A DNA stretch of 64,000 nt from Alphaproteobacteria bacterium. Lineage in GTDB: Bacteria; Pseudomonadota; Alphaproteobacteria; GCA-2731375. Where the stretch lies: the NCBI GenBank assembly GCA_965225945.1, contig CBDDBZ010000039.1, positions 160,001-224,000 of the forward strand, in the 5' to 3' direction. This document shows, in pieces, positions 1 through 10,353 of this stretch. Under the pieces are notes generated by a model, which saw nothing but the letters and a program-made list of their open reading frames with translations, made no database searches and was not told the origin of the DNA. The first letter of the stretch is position 1. The number at the start of each line of letters is the position of its first letter. Made by a program: the position numbers and the translations under genes.

Positions 1-167
1 GACAGCGGCTCGTGCCGCGGCCGGGCCAGCAGCGAATCACCGACCCAGAGCGAATCGTAGCCGAGCACATTCGCCCGTTCGCACAGCGCGAGGAGCGGCC
101 CGGTTTCCGGCCGCCCCTGCATGATCCGCTCGCGCGTCGGCAGCAGATACCCGATACGGACCGTCAT
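1..167 (-). CDS. LLM-class (luciferase-like) flavin-dependent oxidoreductase, N-terminal part, runs off the window
   Basis: Manual translation from ATG at 167: MTVRIGYLLPTRERIMQGRPETGPLLALCERANVLGYDSLWVGDSLLARPRHEPL, with the LLM GxDSxWVGD motif. Not in the ORF track. Confidence 0.8.
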   Translation of the reverse strand, partial: MTVRIGYLLPTRERIMQGRPETGPLLALCERANVLGYDSLWVGDSLLARPRHEPL

Positions 168-276
168 CGCTCGCTTCCGCGCGGCCGTCCAGCGTCCGGC
201 GAGGGAGGCAGGCCGTTATCGCGTGATCGGAGCGCTCGGCGATAGGTCGAGAGAATCGGACCACGCCGGCGATCGA

Positions 277-570
277 TCAGCCGCCCGCCGCCTCCACGAC
301 CACCCGGCCGCGACCGCGCCTCACGGTATAGCCACCCCGGGGAATGCTCTTGATCTTGCCGCTCTCGACCAATCGCATGATCGCCCCGCCGATGGCTTCC
401 GCAGTCTTGTCGACCGGTTGGGAAACGACCTTGGTCGGGCGGCTTTTCAGCCAGGCCAAAAACGCCTTTTCCGCCAGATCGTCACCGATCGATTTGCGAA
501 GCGCGTTCAGTTTGCGGAGTTCCATCTTCGAGAGCTCGTTCTCGTTGATCCTCGTCCAGCGTTTCGCCAT
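277..570 (-). CDS. Small basic hypothetical protein (97 aa)
   Basis: Natural-looking K/R-rich ORF with AT-richer upstream region; no family recognised. Confidence 0.7.
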   Translation of the reverse strand: MAKRWTRINENELSKMELRKLNALRKSIGDDLAEKAFLAWLKSRPTKVVSQPVDKTAEAIGGAIMRLVESGKIKSIPRGGYTVRRGRGRVVVEAAGG

Positions 571-766
571 TTTACAATGTTCCTAAGTTGCAAAGGGTAG
601 GGTTGCTTGATAACGCCCATGGCAAATTTTGGCCAGTAAAATTTTCACGAACTCCCTCGCCCAACCCCTATAGTGGCGATTGGGCATCACTGGGGCCCGG
701 CCGGTTCGCCGTGGGCTCGAAATCGGTAACGCCGGAGTTCGGACGATCATCCGAAGTGGGCGGCGG

Positions 767-1534
767 CTACAATACCCGCTCGATCGAGGTGCCGCGCAGG
801 TCCATCTCGAAATCCAGGCCCGCCACGGGGGGGCGGGCGTAATACCAGGTCAGACCGGCCGTGGCCGCGCCTCGGGCGACGATCTCGTCGGCGAAAAAGG
901 GGTGGAGGTCGTGAACGGTGTAGACCTGGGTGGCGCTCGCATCGCGCCAGCCCACCCCGAGCCTCGCCATGCGCGCCTCCATGGCGCCCAGGACATATCG
1001 TGCCTTCTCGCGCAATCCCGCGGGCGAGGTGTCGCCGAGACGGATGATGCGCTCCTGGTAGCTTCCCGCTCCTTCCGGCGCCTCGCCGGAGCCGGCGACG
1101 ACGAAATCGGCGCCGCCGCGCCCGCTCGTGGGAACCGTATAGCAAAAGGCCTCGAAGCAAGGCTCGGCCGGCGGCTCGATTTCCGGGCAGACGTTGGAGC
1201 GGGCGATCGGATTGTCTTCGTCGCGAAAGATTTCCCAGTCCGCCAGCGTGGCGACATAGTCCCGGTTGAAATCGACGAAGCCGGTTTCCGTGAACGGCAC
1301 GGGCGAGCGCAATTCGCAGGCGCAGAAGGCGGTTCGCGGTCGGCGAAGCGAGGCGAGATGCGCCTCGATGGCGCGAAACCCCTCGACGATGTTCGGTCGC
1401 CGGGTGAAGCGTGCGCGTTCGATCGCGAAACCGGGCTCTGCCGCCACCCCGCCGGAATACTGGAAAGGGCCGGGAACATAGCGATAGCCACCGGCCTCGA
1501 ACGACTTCGCGTCCCCCAAGGTGATCGCTCCCAA
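767..1534 (-). CDS. CnbZ-like (2-amino-5-chloromuconate deaminase / RidA-fold) protein
   Basis: GYRYVPGPFQYSGGVAA N-terminus, CACELRSP, NPIARSNVCP and C-terminal RPPVAGLDFEMD match my recollection of the CnbZ family. Confidence 0.7.
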   Translation of the reverse strand: MGAITLGDAKSFEAGGYRYVPGPFQYSGGVAAEPGFAIERARFTRRPNIVEGFRAIEAHLASLRRPRTAFCACELRSPVPFTETGFVDFNRDYVATLADWEIFRDEDNPIARSNVCPEIEPPAEPCFEAFCYTVPTSGRGGADFVVAGSGEAPEGAGSYQERIIRLGDTSPAGLREKARYVLGAMEARMARLGVGWRDASATQVYTVHDLHPFFADEIVARGAATAGLTWYYARPPVAGLDFEMDLRGTSIERVL

Positions 1535-1543
1535 TCCGCCGAC

Positions 1544-2401
1544 CTAGTGTCCGGCCGCGCCGTTATGGATCACCTCGACTTGATCCCGTGGTACGTAGAA
1601 ATAGGATCCCGGTCTGAACTCATGGCCCAAATCACCCAGCAAGCGGCGTTGCCTGGCCGTGCAGCGATCCTTGACGGCGGAGGTCGTTTCGAAGTCATAG
1701 GCGCGGACGAACATCTGGCAATAGTTGTAAAGCAGCGTCTTGCGGCCCCGACCGGAGGAATTGGGCGACGGTCCGTGCCAGAGCGAGTGGGAAAAGAGAT
1801 AACAGTCGCCGGCCTTGCCGGTGAGCGGGACCGCGCCCGGCGATTGCGGCGATACCACCGGCGTGTCGTCCTCGTCCTCGGGGAAGGGCCGCATGTGGCT
1901 CCCGGGGAAGACCGTGAAGTTGCCGCAATCCGCCCCGTCGACGTCGCTCAGCAGATACATGGCCTTCAGCGCCAGCGGACGGCTGGTCTCTGTCACCCGG
2001 ATGCGCCGCAGGCCCTCGCCACCGTCGGTATGGGTGTAGCCGGGGAAGTCCGGCGTCGAGGCGCGCACGATCGCCTGCGACATCGAGAGCAGAATATGGG
2101 GCCCCATGATGTCGACGATCAGATCGAAAATCCCGGGTCGGTCGATCAGCTCCACGAAAGCGTCGTGATAGGGCAGAATGTCGCGGCGATCCATGAAGGC
2201 CTCGGGGTCCTGACTGGCGCTCCGTTCGACCCAGCCGTAATGGCCGCGCGGCAAGTCCGTCGGCTCCCACCCGGGCTTGCCCCGCATCAAATCGATCTCA
2301 GCGCTGAAAAGCGCCACTTCCTCGGGGGACATGACCCCCTCCAATTGGATGTAGCCGTCGATCGCCCAATCCCGGCGTTGCTTTTCGCTGAGCGTCCTCA
2401 C
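1544..2401 (-). CDS. Phytanoyl-CoA dioxygenase (PhyH) family Fe/2OG dioxygenase
   Basis: DGYIQLEGV start, HTD motif, GNFTVFPGSH, AGDCYLFSHSLWHG. Confidence 0.85.
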   Translation of the reverse strand: MRTLSEKQRRDWAIDGYIQLEGVMSPEEVALFSAEIDLMRGKPGWEPTDLPRGHYGWVERSASQDPEAFMDRRDILPYHDAFVELIDRPGIFDLIVDIMGPHILLSMSQAIVRASTPDFPGYTHTDGGEGLRRIRVTETSRPLALKAMYLLSDVDGADCGNFTVFPGSHMRPFPEDEDDTPVVSPQSPGAVPLTGKAGDCYLFSHSLWHGPSPNSSGRGRKTLLYNYCQMFVRAYDFETTSAVKDRCTARQRRLLGDLGHEFRPGSYFYVPRDQVEVIHNGAAGH

Positions 2402-2507
2402 CGTCGTCCTCCCCTACATCGCGCCGCGCCAACCTAGCCCAATTTCCTTCCGCGCGGAATCACCCGATTGTCCGCGGCTCTTTCCACCCGCTCGATCAAC
2501 CCCCCGA

Positions 2508-3743
2508 TCAAGCAATGACCCGGCGGGCGGCCAGGTCGTCGAGCGCGGTCTCGTCGAGGTCAGCCAAGTCGGCCAGGATCTCGCGGGTGTGGGTGCCCGT
2601 GGGCGCGGCCGCGCCCTCGTAGCCGGTCTCGGCGGCGCTGAACTTCAAGGGAAAGCCGGCCTGGGCGAGCCCGGGAAGGGGCCCGAGCCTCGGGTGCGCC
2701 ACCGGCTCGATCATGCCTCGGGCGCGAAGCTGGGGGCAACGCAGCAATTCGTCGATTCCCCGCACCGGGCTCGCCACGACTCCCGCCCGGGCGAGCCGCC
2801 GGTCGAGATCCTCGGTGTCGTGCGCGCGCGTCCAGTGCTCGAGCAGCGCGTCGACCTCGCCGTTGTGCTGGACCCGCCAGCCCATCCGGCCCCAGTCTTG
2901 GTGCTCGGCCAAGTCGTCGCGGCCCATCACCGCGCAGATTCCACGCCACATCGCCTCCGTCCCGCAGCAAATCACCATCCAGCCGTCCCGGGTCGGATAG
3001 GCGTTCATCGGCGAGAAGCGCATGACGCGATTGCCCTGGCGCTGCGGCACGCCCAGCGCCTCGTAGCAGTCGAGCGGCTCGTCGAACAACAACGAGAACA
3101 ACACGTCGACCATCGAGACGTCGACGAACTGTCCGAGGCCGGTGCGCTCGCGGTGATAGAGCGCGCCCAGGATGGCGGCGAAGGCGAAGCCGGCGGCGAT
3201 GGTGTCGGCCAGTGGCGAACCCGCCTTCATCGGCGGGCCGTCGGGCGCGCCCGTAATGCTCATCAGGCCGCTCATCGCCTGGGTCGTGACGTCGTAACCG
3301 CGCCGCTTGGCCTCCGGCCCGGTGCTGCCGAAGCCGGTAATTGCGCAATGGACCAGGCGTGGATTGGCCGCCTGGAGCCTCGGCCAATCGATCCCCAGCC
3401 GTGTCGTGACGCCGACCGAGAAGTTCTCGACCACGACGTCCGCCGTCGCGACCAGGCGGAGGAAGAGGGCGTGGCCCTCCTCGGACTTCAGGTCGAGGGC
3501 GATCGACTTCTTGCCCCGACAGCGTTTCAGAAAGGCGATACCGAGGTCGTCCTCGTGACGGCGCTCGATCGACGGTCCGCCGCGCCCATGGAAGATCGGC
3601 GCGCCGGAGAGCGTGTCACCCGTCGCTGGATCGTCGACGCGGATCACCTCGGCGCCGATGCCGGCCAGCAGCAGCGTCGTGTGCGGCCCGGCGAGGAACC
3701 GCGAGAGGTCGAGCACGCGCACGCCGTCGAGAATGCGGCTCAT
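2508..3743 (-). CDS. Family III CoA-transferase (CaiB/BaiF)
   Basis: LDGVRVLDLSRFLAGP, GKKSIALDLK, ADVVVENF, catalytic GYD. Start placed at ATG 3743 after an AAGGAG RBS. Confidence 0.92.
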   Translation of the reverse strand: MSRILDGVRVLDLSRFLAGPHTTLLLAGIGAEVIRVDDPATGDTLSGAPIFHGRGGPSIERRHEDDLGIAFLKRCRGKKSIALDLKSEEGHALFLRLVATADVVVENFSVGVTTRLGIDWPRLQAANPRLVHCAITGFGSTGPEAKRRGYDVTTQAMSGLMSITGAPDGPPMKAGSPLADTIAAGFAFAAILGALYHRERTGLGQFVDVSMVDVLFSLLFDEPLDCYEALGVPQRQGNRVMRFSPMNAYPTRDGWMVICCGTEAMWRGICAVMGRDDLAEHQDWGRMGWRVQHNGEVDALLEHWTRAHDTEDLDRRLARAGVVASPVRGIDELLRCPQLRARGMIEPVAHPRLGPLPGLAQAGFPLKFSAAETGYEGAAAPTGTHTREILADLADLDETALDDLAARRVIA

Positions 3744-3825
3744 GGGGGGCTCCTTTTGGAGATGGGGGTCGCGGGCCGGGCCGTCGCGGGAGCCCGGGTC
3801 TCGCGAATCTAGTTTAGCGTCGGGC

Positions 3826-4356
3826 TCAACCGTTGGCGCCGAGCAGGATCTCCTCGGCCCGCGCCACGGCGTCGCGCGCCCGCGCCGCCAGCTCGCCCGG
3901 CGCGGCACTGCTGATCGGATGATCGATGACGACGAAGGGATAGTCCTCCGCCCCCAGCACGCGGGCAATCAGCTCGGCCGCGGTGGTGAATTTCGAGGTC
4001 ATGATGCCGGCCGAGGGGAGTCCCAGCCGCTCGGCGATGATCGCGTCGTGCAAACTGCACGACGAGCAACTGCCTCAATCGCCGATACCGGCGACCAGCG
4101 CGTTCCATCTCTGTGCGTCGTCCAGCAGCCCCGCCTCGGCCGGCGCGCTGTAGTTGGCCTTGGTGAGGCGGATCACCTCGGCGACGCCGTGGTGCTCCAC
4201 CAGTTCGTGCTCGAAGGCGTTGAAGAAAGCCAGCGTGCCCCGCTTGCCGTTCGACAGCAGGGCGATGGTCGCGCCCTCCAGCGTGGTCAGCCGGGGCGCC
4301 AGGGCGAAGGCGCTGGCGCCGCCTTCGTGTGTCGGATCGAGGATTTCGATGCTCAT
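3826..4356 (-). CDS. UGSC-motif selenoprotein (176 aa, Sec at codon 94, TGA at 4075-4077)
   Basis: ORFs 4075-4356 and 3826-4053 are in one frame separated by a single TGA, reading ...AGIGD-U-GSCSSCSLHDAIIAERLG. A perfect 9-bp hairpin lies 10 nt downstream. Confidence 0.88.
4044..4064 (-). promoter_or_regulatory. Putative bacterial SECIS element of the UGSC gene
   Basis: CGTCGTGCA-GTT-TGCACGACG on the minus strand: perfect stem with G in the apical loop, about 20 nt after UGA. Confidence 0.7.
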
Positions 4357-4402
4357 GCTCTCCCGCTCTCTTCCCTCAAGCTGTGCTCGTGTTCCCGCGG
4401 CC

Positions 4403-5449
4403 TTAACGCCCGCAGTCGATGCAGGCGCCGATCGCCATGGTGACTGCCTGGCTCTTGCTCCCGAACCAAGGCGGGATCACAGCGCCGAAGCCGCCCGCCG
4501 GGCCGCCCGCCGCGATCACCAGCAGATCGTCGGGCCCGGTCAAGGCCGAATATTCCTCCTCACCCCGGTCGCCGACCACGGCGCCCTTGCCGCAGTCCGC
4601 CCACTCGCTTCGCCGGACCCGCGCGGTCCGGTGGACGTAGGCGCGGATGTCGGCCTTGGACCAGCCGGCCCGCTCGAAGTGCGCGCGAAGCTGCGGCGGC
4701 ACGACGATCGCGTAGTTCCCCGGCCAGATCGAATAGTGCCGCATATTGGCCTTGATCTCGGCCGCGAAGGTATCGAGGATCTGCTCCGGCTCGGTGGTCC
4801 ACTCGTTCATCACCTGGCGCGGCGCGCCCGCCGCCATCACCGTCACCGCCGAGACGCCTTCCGGCACCTCGCGTTCCGCCGCCAACGGCAACCAAGGCGA
4901 ATTGGCCTCGTCCTCGGCGATGCAGTAGCTGAACTTGCCCGGATGGCCGAGGGTCGAGCGGTCGATGTCGCCCGGCCGCGCGTCCAGGAGGTTGCAGACG
5001 ATCAGACGGATCGCCCGGCCGATCACGGTCGTCGCCCGGTCGGACGAGGCGAGCACGTTGAAGCTGCCGTCCATCCCCAATTCGTCTCGGACCGGCCCGT
5101 TGACGACGATCAGCAGGGCGCAGCCGCCGGTGCTGGCGGTGGGTCCGTGCAGCATGAAGGACTCCTGCAGCATCGCCGTGAAGGCGGCGACGACGACGGG
5201 GAAGTGCATCGGAAGGCAGCCGGCCATGACCGCGTTGACGGCCAGCTTCTCCGCCGTGATCGGGCGCTCGCGCACCGGCTCGATCCCGATCAGGTGGTCG
5301 CCCGGCAGCAGCACCCCCTCGAGGCAGGCCTGGACGGCAGCGGGCGTCGGCGGCACCACCGGCAGCCCGTCGCTCCAGCCGCGTGAGTGATAGAACTCCT
5401 GGGCCTCGGCCATGTCGTCGACCGCGTATCGCCTCGAGCTCAAGGTCAT
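4403..5449 (-). CDS. Conserved hypothetical protein (GWSDGLPVVPPT family, usual UGSC-gene neighbour) with C-terminal CxxC
   Basis: Motifs GWSDGLPVVPPT, EKLAVNAVMAGCLP, TIGRAIRL-like, TLGHPGK, IAEDE; ends in ACIDCGR. Confidence 0.8.
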   Translation of the reverse strand: MTLSSRRYAVDDMAEAQEFYHSRGWSDGLPVVPPTPAAVQACLEGVLLPGDHLIGIEPVRERPITAEKLAVNAVMAGCLPMHFPVVVAAFTAMLQESFMLHGPTASTGGCALLIVVNGPVRDELGMDGSFNVLASSDRATTVIGRAIRLIVCNLLDARPGDIDRSTLGHPGKFSYCIAEDEANSPWLPLAAEREVPEGVSAVTVMAAGAPRQVMNEWTTEPEQILDTFAAEIKANMRHYSIWPGNYAIVVPPQLRAHFERAGWSKADIRAYVHRTARVRRSEWADCGKGAVVGDRGEEEYSALTGPDDLLVIAAGGPAGGFGAVIPPWFGSKSQAVTMAIGACIDCGR

Positions 5450-5816
5450 GGGTCCGCTCCGCTCATCACCGCCATGCTAGCGCGTTGTCGCGCGGGACTG
5501 AACCTCGCGCGACTACGGTCATCAGGAGTATATCCAGTTCGCCCCGGGCGTGACTGGGCTCGAGCATGATGGCGTTCCACGTCAGTATGCGCGCCCGCGA
5601 GGAAGACCGGGAGTTGGTGACACCGCTGTATGGTCCGGACGGAACCTGGTTGCACAATATTTCGTGATTCGCCCAACTCCCACCACGATGCTCAGTATTG
5701 TTTCGTCAACTCGGAAGTGTCATTTCTAAGCTGTGGAGGGACCCTGAGGGCCATCGAGGGCCGGAGAAGGGTCGCTGGGGGCCCAGGGTGGTCCCGACCG
5801 AGATGAGGCATGGCAG

Positions 5817-6128
5817 ATGCAGCGGGTCCTGAGATGCTATGCGGAAGGGAACAACTCCGGGTGGGAAGCTTTCTGCCTCGAGTTGGATATCGCCATTCAG
5901 GCTGACACCCTGAAGGACGCCATGGATGATCTCCATGGCGCGATCGCAATACATTTAGAATCTGTCATGGACCTGCCGGAGGCAGAGCGCAAACACCTAT
6001 TATACCGTCCAGCCCCGTTGACCATGCGGCTCAAATTCTTCTGGCTCATGGTGAGGGCCATTTTCGCCGGCAGCCGGCGGCCCGACCAGGGGCGCTCTCA
6101 GGGGATTCCTTGGTTCGCGCCAGCGTGA
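5817..6128 (+). CDS. HicB-like / DUF1902-type small protein
   Basis: WEAFCLELDIAIQADTLKDAMDDLHGAI resembles the HicB N-terminal domain. Confidence 0.55.
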   Translation: MQRVLRCYAEGNNSGWEAFCLELDIAIQADTLKDAMDDLHGAIAIHLESVMDLPEAERKHLLYRPAPLTMRLKFFWLMVRAIFAGSRRPDQGRSQGIPWFAPA

Positions 6129-6470
6129 CGAGAACGGTCACCGGCGGTGGTGACGATCACGGCCGGACGGAACGTGAAGCGCGTGGACGGTTGCTGGCGG
6201 CGGTCTCCCGAGCAAGCGCTGGCCCGCCTGCCGGTGGCGACCGTCGAGAACGGCCGGTTGACGATCGCAAAGTGGCTACCATACTGAAGCGTCGGCGCGG
6301 TACGCGCGGGACCTCCGCGCGACCGTCACCTCGCCGGGGAATGCGGCCTTTGGCGGCGCCGGTGGGCATGACGATCCGGTGATCGAAGTGGGGTTGGCGC
6401 CCATGGGACCATCACCGTGCTAGCGATCGGGTCGTAAGGCCGGAGTGAGGGGCGGCAGGAGGAAAGAGTC

Positions 6471-6752
6471 ATGGCGAGTGATGACGGGCAGACAAAAGTA
6501 CCGCCGGCCGAGGATCGCCTGGCCCATGACATTTCGACGTTGGAATGCCTCACGGCCTTGGTGCGCGGCACAGTCCACAACGCCCGAGCGCTTCAAGCAC
6601 TTACGCTCATGACGCTCGGCGACGATATGGATCAGAAAGACAACCTAATTAAGGCGATGAAACACCTAGCGGAAGATTCGGACGCAATGCATGAGGCGCT
6701 AAAGGAGTTGACGAAGAATGCCCGACGACGCTTCGACGACGTCAGCCGATAA
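6471..6752 (+). CDS. Hypothetical helical protein
   Basis: Good RBS (GGAGG) and lower-GC coding style; no family recognised. Confidence 0.55.
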   Translation: MASDDGQTKVPPAEDRLAHDISTLECLTALVRGTVHNARALQALTLMTLGDDMDQKDNLIKAMKHLAEDSDAMHEALKELTKNARRRFDDVSR

Positions 6753-7182
6753 CGTCGACCTCGTACTTATGCTGAGGCGAGTTGCGGACCTGACAGAGGA
6801 CCTCGATGCGATGAAGGAGGCGAACCAGCGCCTTGAAACCAGCGCCGGCGGGCGCCATACTGGCGGCATGGAGTCACGGATGGCTAAAGTCGAAGCGGCG
6901 GTCGAGCACATTGACCGCGCGTTCACCGACACGCGTGAAGACATCCGGCAAATCCGCGACAACCTCAGAGTCGACTTCCGCATTCTGTGCGGCGCACTTG
7001 TCGCTGGCTTCCTGATCTTGGCAGGAAGCGGCCTCTTCGCGTACAACCGGTTGGATGACAAGATAGAAAGGCTTGGGGCTCGATTGGTTCGGATCGAGAC
7101 AGCCCTGGTCGCGATCGATGCGAAGTTGGACAGCCTCGCCGCCAAGCCGCTCCCGAAGCGGGCGGCGCTCGTGAAGCCCTAG
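6718..7182 (+). CDS. Hypothetical coiled-coil membrane protein
   Basis: GGRHTGGMESRMAKVE coiled coil, one hydrophobic segment (ILCGALVAGFLILAGSGLFAY), then a second coiled coil. Confidence 0.6.
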   Translation: MPDDASTTSADNVDLVLMLRRVADLTEDLDAMKEANQRLETSAGGRHTGGMESRMAKVEAAVEHIDRAFTDTREDIRQIRDNLRVDFRILCGALVAGFLILAGSGLFAYNRLDDKIERLGARLVRIETALVAIDAKLDSLAAKPLPKRAALVKP

Positions 7183-7404
7183 CCCCCAACTCGTGAAACA
7201 CCCCCCAGCGCCGACGCGATAACCGGAAGGCCCGCATTGAGACCGTGGGTCTCCACGAGCGTCTCCACCGGCTGCCGCCTTACCCAGTCGCCAGCTCCTT
7301 GATCGCCGTGATCACGCGAGGCCAGGTGTCCGTCCCTTCACGTCGCCTTCATCCGATGCGACGACTCCAGCGCCGACGCGCCGGAGGCCTTCGGTTTTAA
7401 CGGC

Positions 7405-9609
7405 TCATAGAAAGTTATACGGGTCGATGTCGATGCGGACGCGGACGTTCGCGGGCGGCGTCACCCGGGCGACCCAGGCCCGCGTCAGCTCGGAGACCCG
7501 CACGCCCCGGCTGGCCTTCAACAACAGCCGGTAGCGGAAGCGTCCGCGCAACAGCGCCAGCGGCGCCGGCGCCGGGCCCAGCACCTGGATATCGCCATCC
7601 CCGGGTGCCGCCCGCGCGAGCGCCGCCGCCGTATCGCGGGCCCGCGGCTCGTCGGGGCCGGAGACCACGAGCGCCACCAGCCGGCCGTAAGGCGGCATCC
7701 CCTGGCGCAGCCGTGCCTCGCCCTCGCGCTCCAGAAAGCGGTCGCGGTCGCCGGAGACCAGGGCCTCCATCACCGGGTGCTCCGGCATGTAGGTCTGCAG
7801 ATAAGCTCGTCCCGGGCGTTCCCCCCGCCCGGCGCGGCCGGCGATCTGGCTCATGAGCTGGTAGGTCCGCTCCGCCGCGCGCAAGTCGCCGCCGGCGAGC
7901 CCCAGGTCGGCGTCGATCACCCCGACGCAGGTCAGCAGCGGAAAATTATGGCCCTTGGCGATGATCTGGGTGCCGATCACCAGATCGATCTCGCCCTGGG
8001 CGATCCGCTCGATCATCGCCTGGGCCGCCCTGGGCCCGTGCACCGTGTCGCTCGCCACCACCTCGGCCCGAGCGGCGGGGAAGAGCTTGGCCGTTTCCTC
8101 CAGGATGCGCTCGACGCCGGGGCCGCAGGCGGTGAAGTCGGCCTCCGCCTCGCAAGCCGGGCAAGCTTCGGGGGGGAGCCTCGAGAAGTCGCAGTGATGA
8201 CAGCGGAGGCGGTCCTGGAATCGATGCTCGACCAGCCAGGTGGCACAGTTGGGACATTCCAGGCGATGCCCGCAGCGCCGGCAGAGGGTGAGCGGCGCGT
8301 AGCCCCGGCGATTGAGGAACAGCAGCGCCTGCTCGCCGGCCGCCAGCGCGCTCCCGATCCGGGCCCTGAGCAGGGGCGAGATCCACTCGCCCGCCGGCAG
8401 GCCGGCGCTCCGCATGTCGATCGCCTCGATTTCCGGCAGCTCCGCCGCGCCCGGCCGGTTGGGCAGCCTCAGGTGGCGGTAGCGGCCGCGCTCCGCGTTC
8501 ACCAGGCTCTCCAGGCTCGGCGTGGCGGAGACCAGCACGATCGGGATTTCGGCCAGCGAGGCCCGGGCCACGGCCATGTCGCGGGCGTGGTAGCAGACCC
8601 CCTCGTCCTGCTTGAAGGCGCCGTCGTGCTCCTCGTCGACGACGATCAGGGCCAAATCCGCGAAGGGCAGGAAGAGGGCCGAGCGGGCACCGACCACCAC
8701 CTTGGCGTCGCCCTCGGCGATGGCCCGCCAGGCCCGCCGCCGCTCGGCTTGGCGCAGATCGGAATGCCAGGTTTGCGGCGGTACGCCGAAGCGGGCTTCG
8801 AAGCGGGCCAGCCACTGCGCGGTGAGCGCGATCTCCGGCAGCAGCACCAGGACCTGCCGGTGCTTGGCCAGCGCCCTGGCGATCGCCTCGAAATAGACCT
8901 CGGTCTTGCCGGCGCCGGTGACGCCGTCAAGCAGCAAAACCGAATAGCCGCCCTTGCGCGCCGCGTCTTCCAGGACCTCGGCGATGTCTTGTTGCTCGGG
9001 CGTGAGCGAGGGTCCTGGACGCCGCCCATCCGGGTCTACGGCCGCGGCCGTGGCCGGCAGCGCGACCTCGGCCAAGGTGGCGCTTCCCACCAGGCCGGTG
9101 ACGACGCTCGCGCCCACGCCCGCCGCCTCCACGATCTCGGCGCGGGTCAGCGCCGGCCCCACCGCCAAGACCTCCAGTACCCGGCGCCGGGCGGGTGTCA
9201 GCCGCTCGGGCGGCGGCCCGGCCAGGCGATAGCCGACCCGGGGCCGCGGTGCCGTCAGCGCCGCCGGCACGCTCATCGCCATCCGCAGCACCGCGCCTGG
9301 ATCGGCGCAGGTGTAGGCCGCCACCCAGTCGATGAAGCGCCGCATGGTCTCGCCCATCGCCGGCACCTCCAGGATTTCGGCGATTCGTTTCAGCTTGGCG
9401 GCGGCAACCGGGGATTCGGGGTTGGCCCCGCCCCGGCCCCAGACGACGCCGGCGACGTGGCGGCGGCCGAGCGGCACCACCACGAAGTCGCCGGGCTCGG
9501 CCCCGCTCTCGGCCCGCGCGTAGTCGTAGGCGCCGGCCAAGGGCAGCGGCAGAAGCACGTGGACGCGATCCCCTCCCGCGCTGGGTGAGGTGGCATGCGC
9601 TTCGGCCAT
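7405..9609 (-). CDS. priA: Primosomal protein N'
   Basis: [36 protein letters not shown], Zn-finger CxxC pairs, [13 protein letters not shown] end. Confidence 0.97.
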   Translation of the reverse strand: MAEAHATSPSAGGDRVHVLLPLPLAGAYDYARAESGAEPGDFVVVPLGRRHVAGVVWGRGGANPESPVAAAKLKRIAEILEVPAMGETMRRFIDWVAAYTCADPGAVLRMAMSVPAALTAPRPRVGYRLAGPPPERLTPARRRVLEVLAVGPALTRAEIVEAAGVGASVVTGLVGSATLAEVALPATAAAVDPDGRRPGPSLTPEQQDIAEVLEDAARKGGYSVLLLDGVTGAGKTEVYFEAIARALAKHRQVLVLLPEIALTAQWLARFEARFGVPPQTWHSDLRQAERRRAWRAIAEGDAKVVVGARSALFLPFADLALIVVDEEHDGAFKQDEGVCYHARDMAVARASLAEIPIVLVSATPSLESLVNAERGRYRHLRLPNRPGAAELPEIEAIDMRSAGLPAGEWISPLLRARIGSALAAGEQALLFLNRRGYAPLTLCRRCGHRLECPNCATWLVEHRFQDRLRCHHCDFSRLPPEACPACEAEADFTACGPGVERILEETAKLFPAARAEVVASDTVHGPRAAQAMIERIAQGEIDLVIGTQIIAKGHNFPLLTCVGVIDADLGLAGGDLRAAERTYQLMSQIAGRAGRGERPGRAYLQTYMPEHPVMEALVSGDRDRFLEREGEARLRQGMPPYGRLVALVVSGPDEPRARDTAAALARAAPGDGDIQVLGPAPAPLALLRGRFRYRLLLKASRGVRVSELTRAWVARVTPPANVRVRIDIDPYNFL

Positions 9610-9684
9610 CCGCTAAACTCCGCCTGGTGATTCGCTGGCGCTCGAGCCGGCTGCCGCGAGGCAAAGCGAGGTGGTCACGAGCCG

Positions 9685-10353
9685 ATGAAGTTCTTCGTCG
9701 ACACCGCGGACGTGGATGAAATCCGCGACCTCGCCGCCACCGGCATGATCGACGGCGCCACCACCAACCCCAGCCTCGTCGCCAAATCCGGGCGCGACTT
9801 CTTCGAAGTATTGCGGGAGATCTGCGCTATCGTCGAGGGCCCGGTCAGCGCCGAGGTGACGGCCACCGAGCACGCGGCGATGACGGCGGAGGGACGCAAG
9901 CTCGCCGCCTTCGCCGACAACATCGCCGTCAAGCTGCCGATGACCTGGGACGGCCTCAAGACCTGCCGGGTGCTGAGCCAGTCGGGCATTCAAATCAACG
10001 TCACCCTCTGCTTCAGCGCCACTCAGGCGCTGCTGGCGGCCAAGGCCGGCGCCGCCTTCGTCTCGCCCTTCATCGGCCGGCTGGACGACGCCGGCCATGA
10101 CGGCATGGAATTGATATCCGAGATCGTCGAAATCTTCGACAACTACGACTTCAACACCGAGGTCCTGGTCGCCTCCGTCCGAACCGTGAATCACGTCAAG
10201 CAAGCCGCCATGATGGGCGCCGATGTCTGCACCCTGCCGCCGGCGGTGCTGCGCCAGTTGATCAACCATCCCCTGACCGACAAGGGCTTGGCGGCCTTTC
10301 TCGCCGATTGGGAGAAAACCGGACAGTCGATCCTGGCGGCGGAGGCCGAGTGA
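9685..10353 (+). CDS. tal: Transaldolase / fructose-6-phosphate aldolase (short form)
   Basis: [45 protein letters not shown]. Confidence 0.93.
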   Translation: MKFFVDTADVDEIRDLAATGMIDGATTNPSLVAKSGRDFFEVLREICAIVEGPVSAEVTATEHAAMTAEGRKLAAFADNIAVKLPMTWDGLKTCRVLSQSGIQINVTLCFSATQALLAAKAGAAFVSPFIGRLDDAGHDGMELISEIVEIFDNYDFNTEVLVASVRTVNHVKQAAMMGADVCTLPPAVLRQLINHPLTDKGLAAFLADWEKTGQSILAAEAE

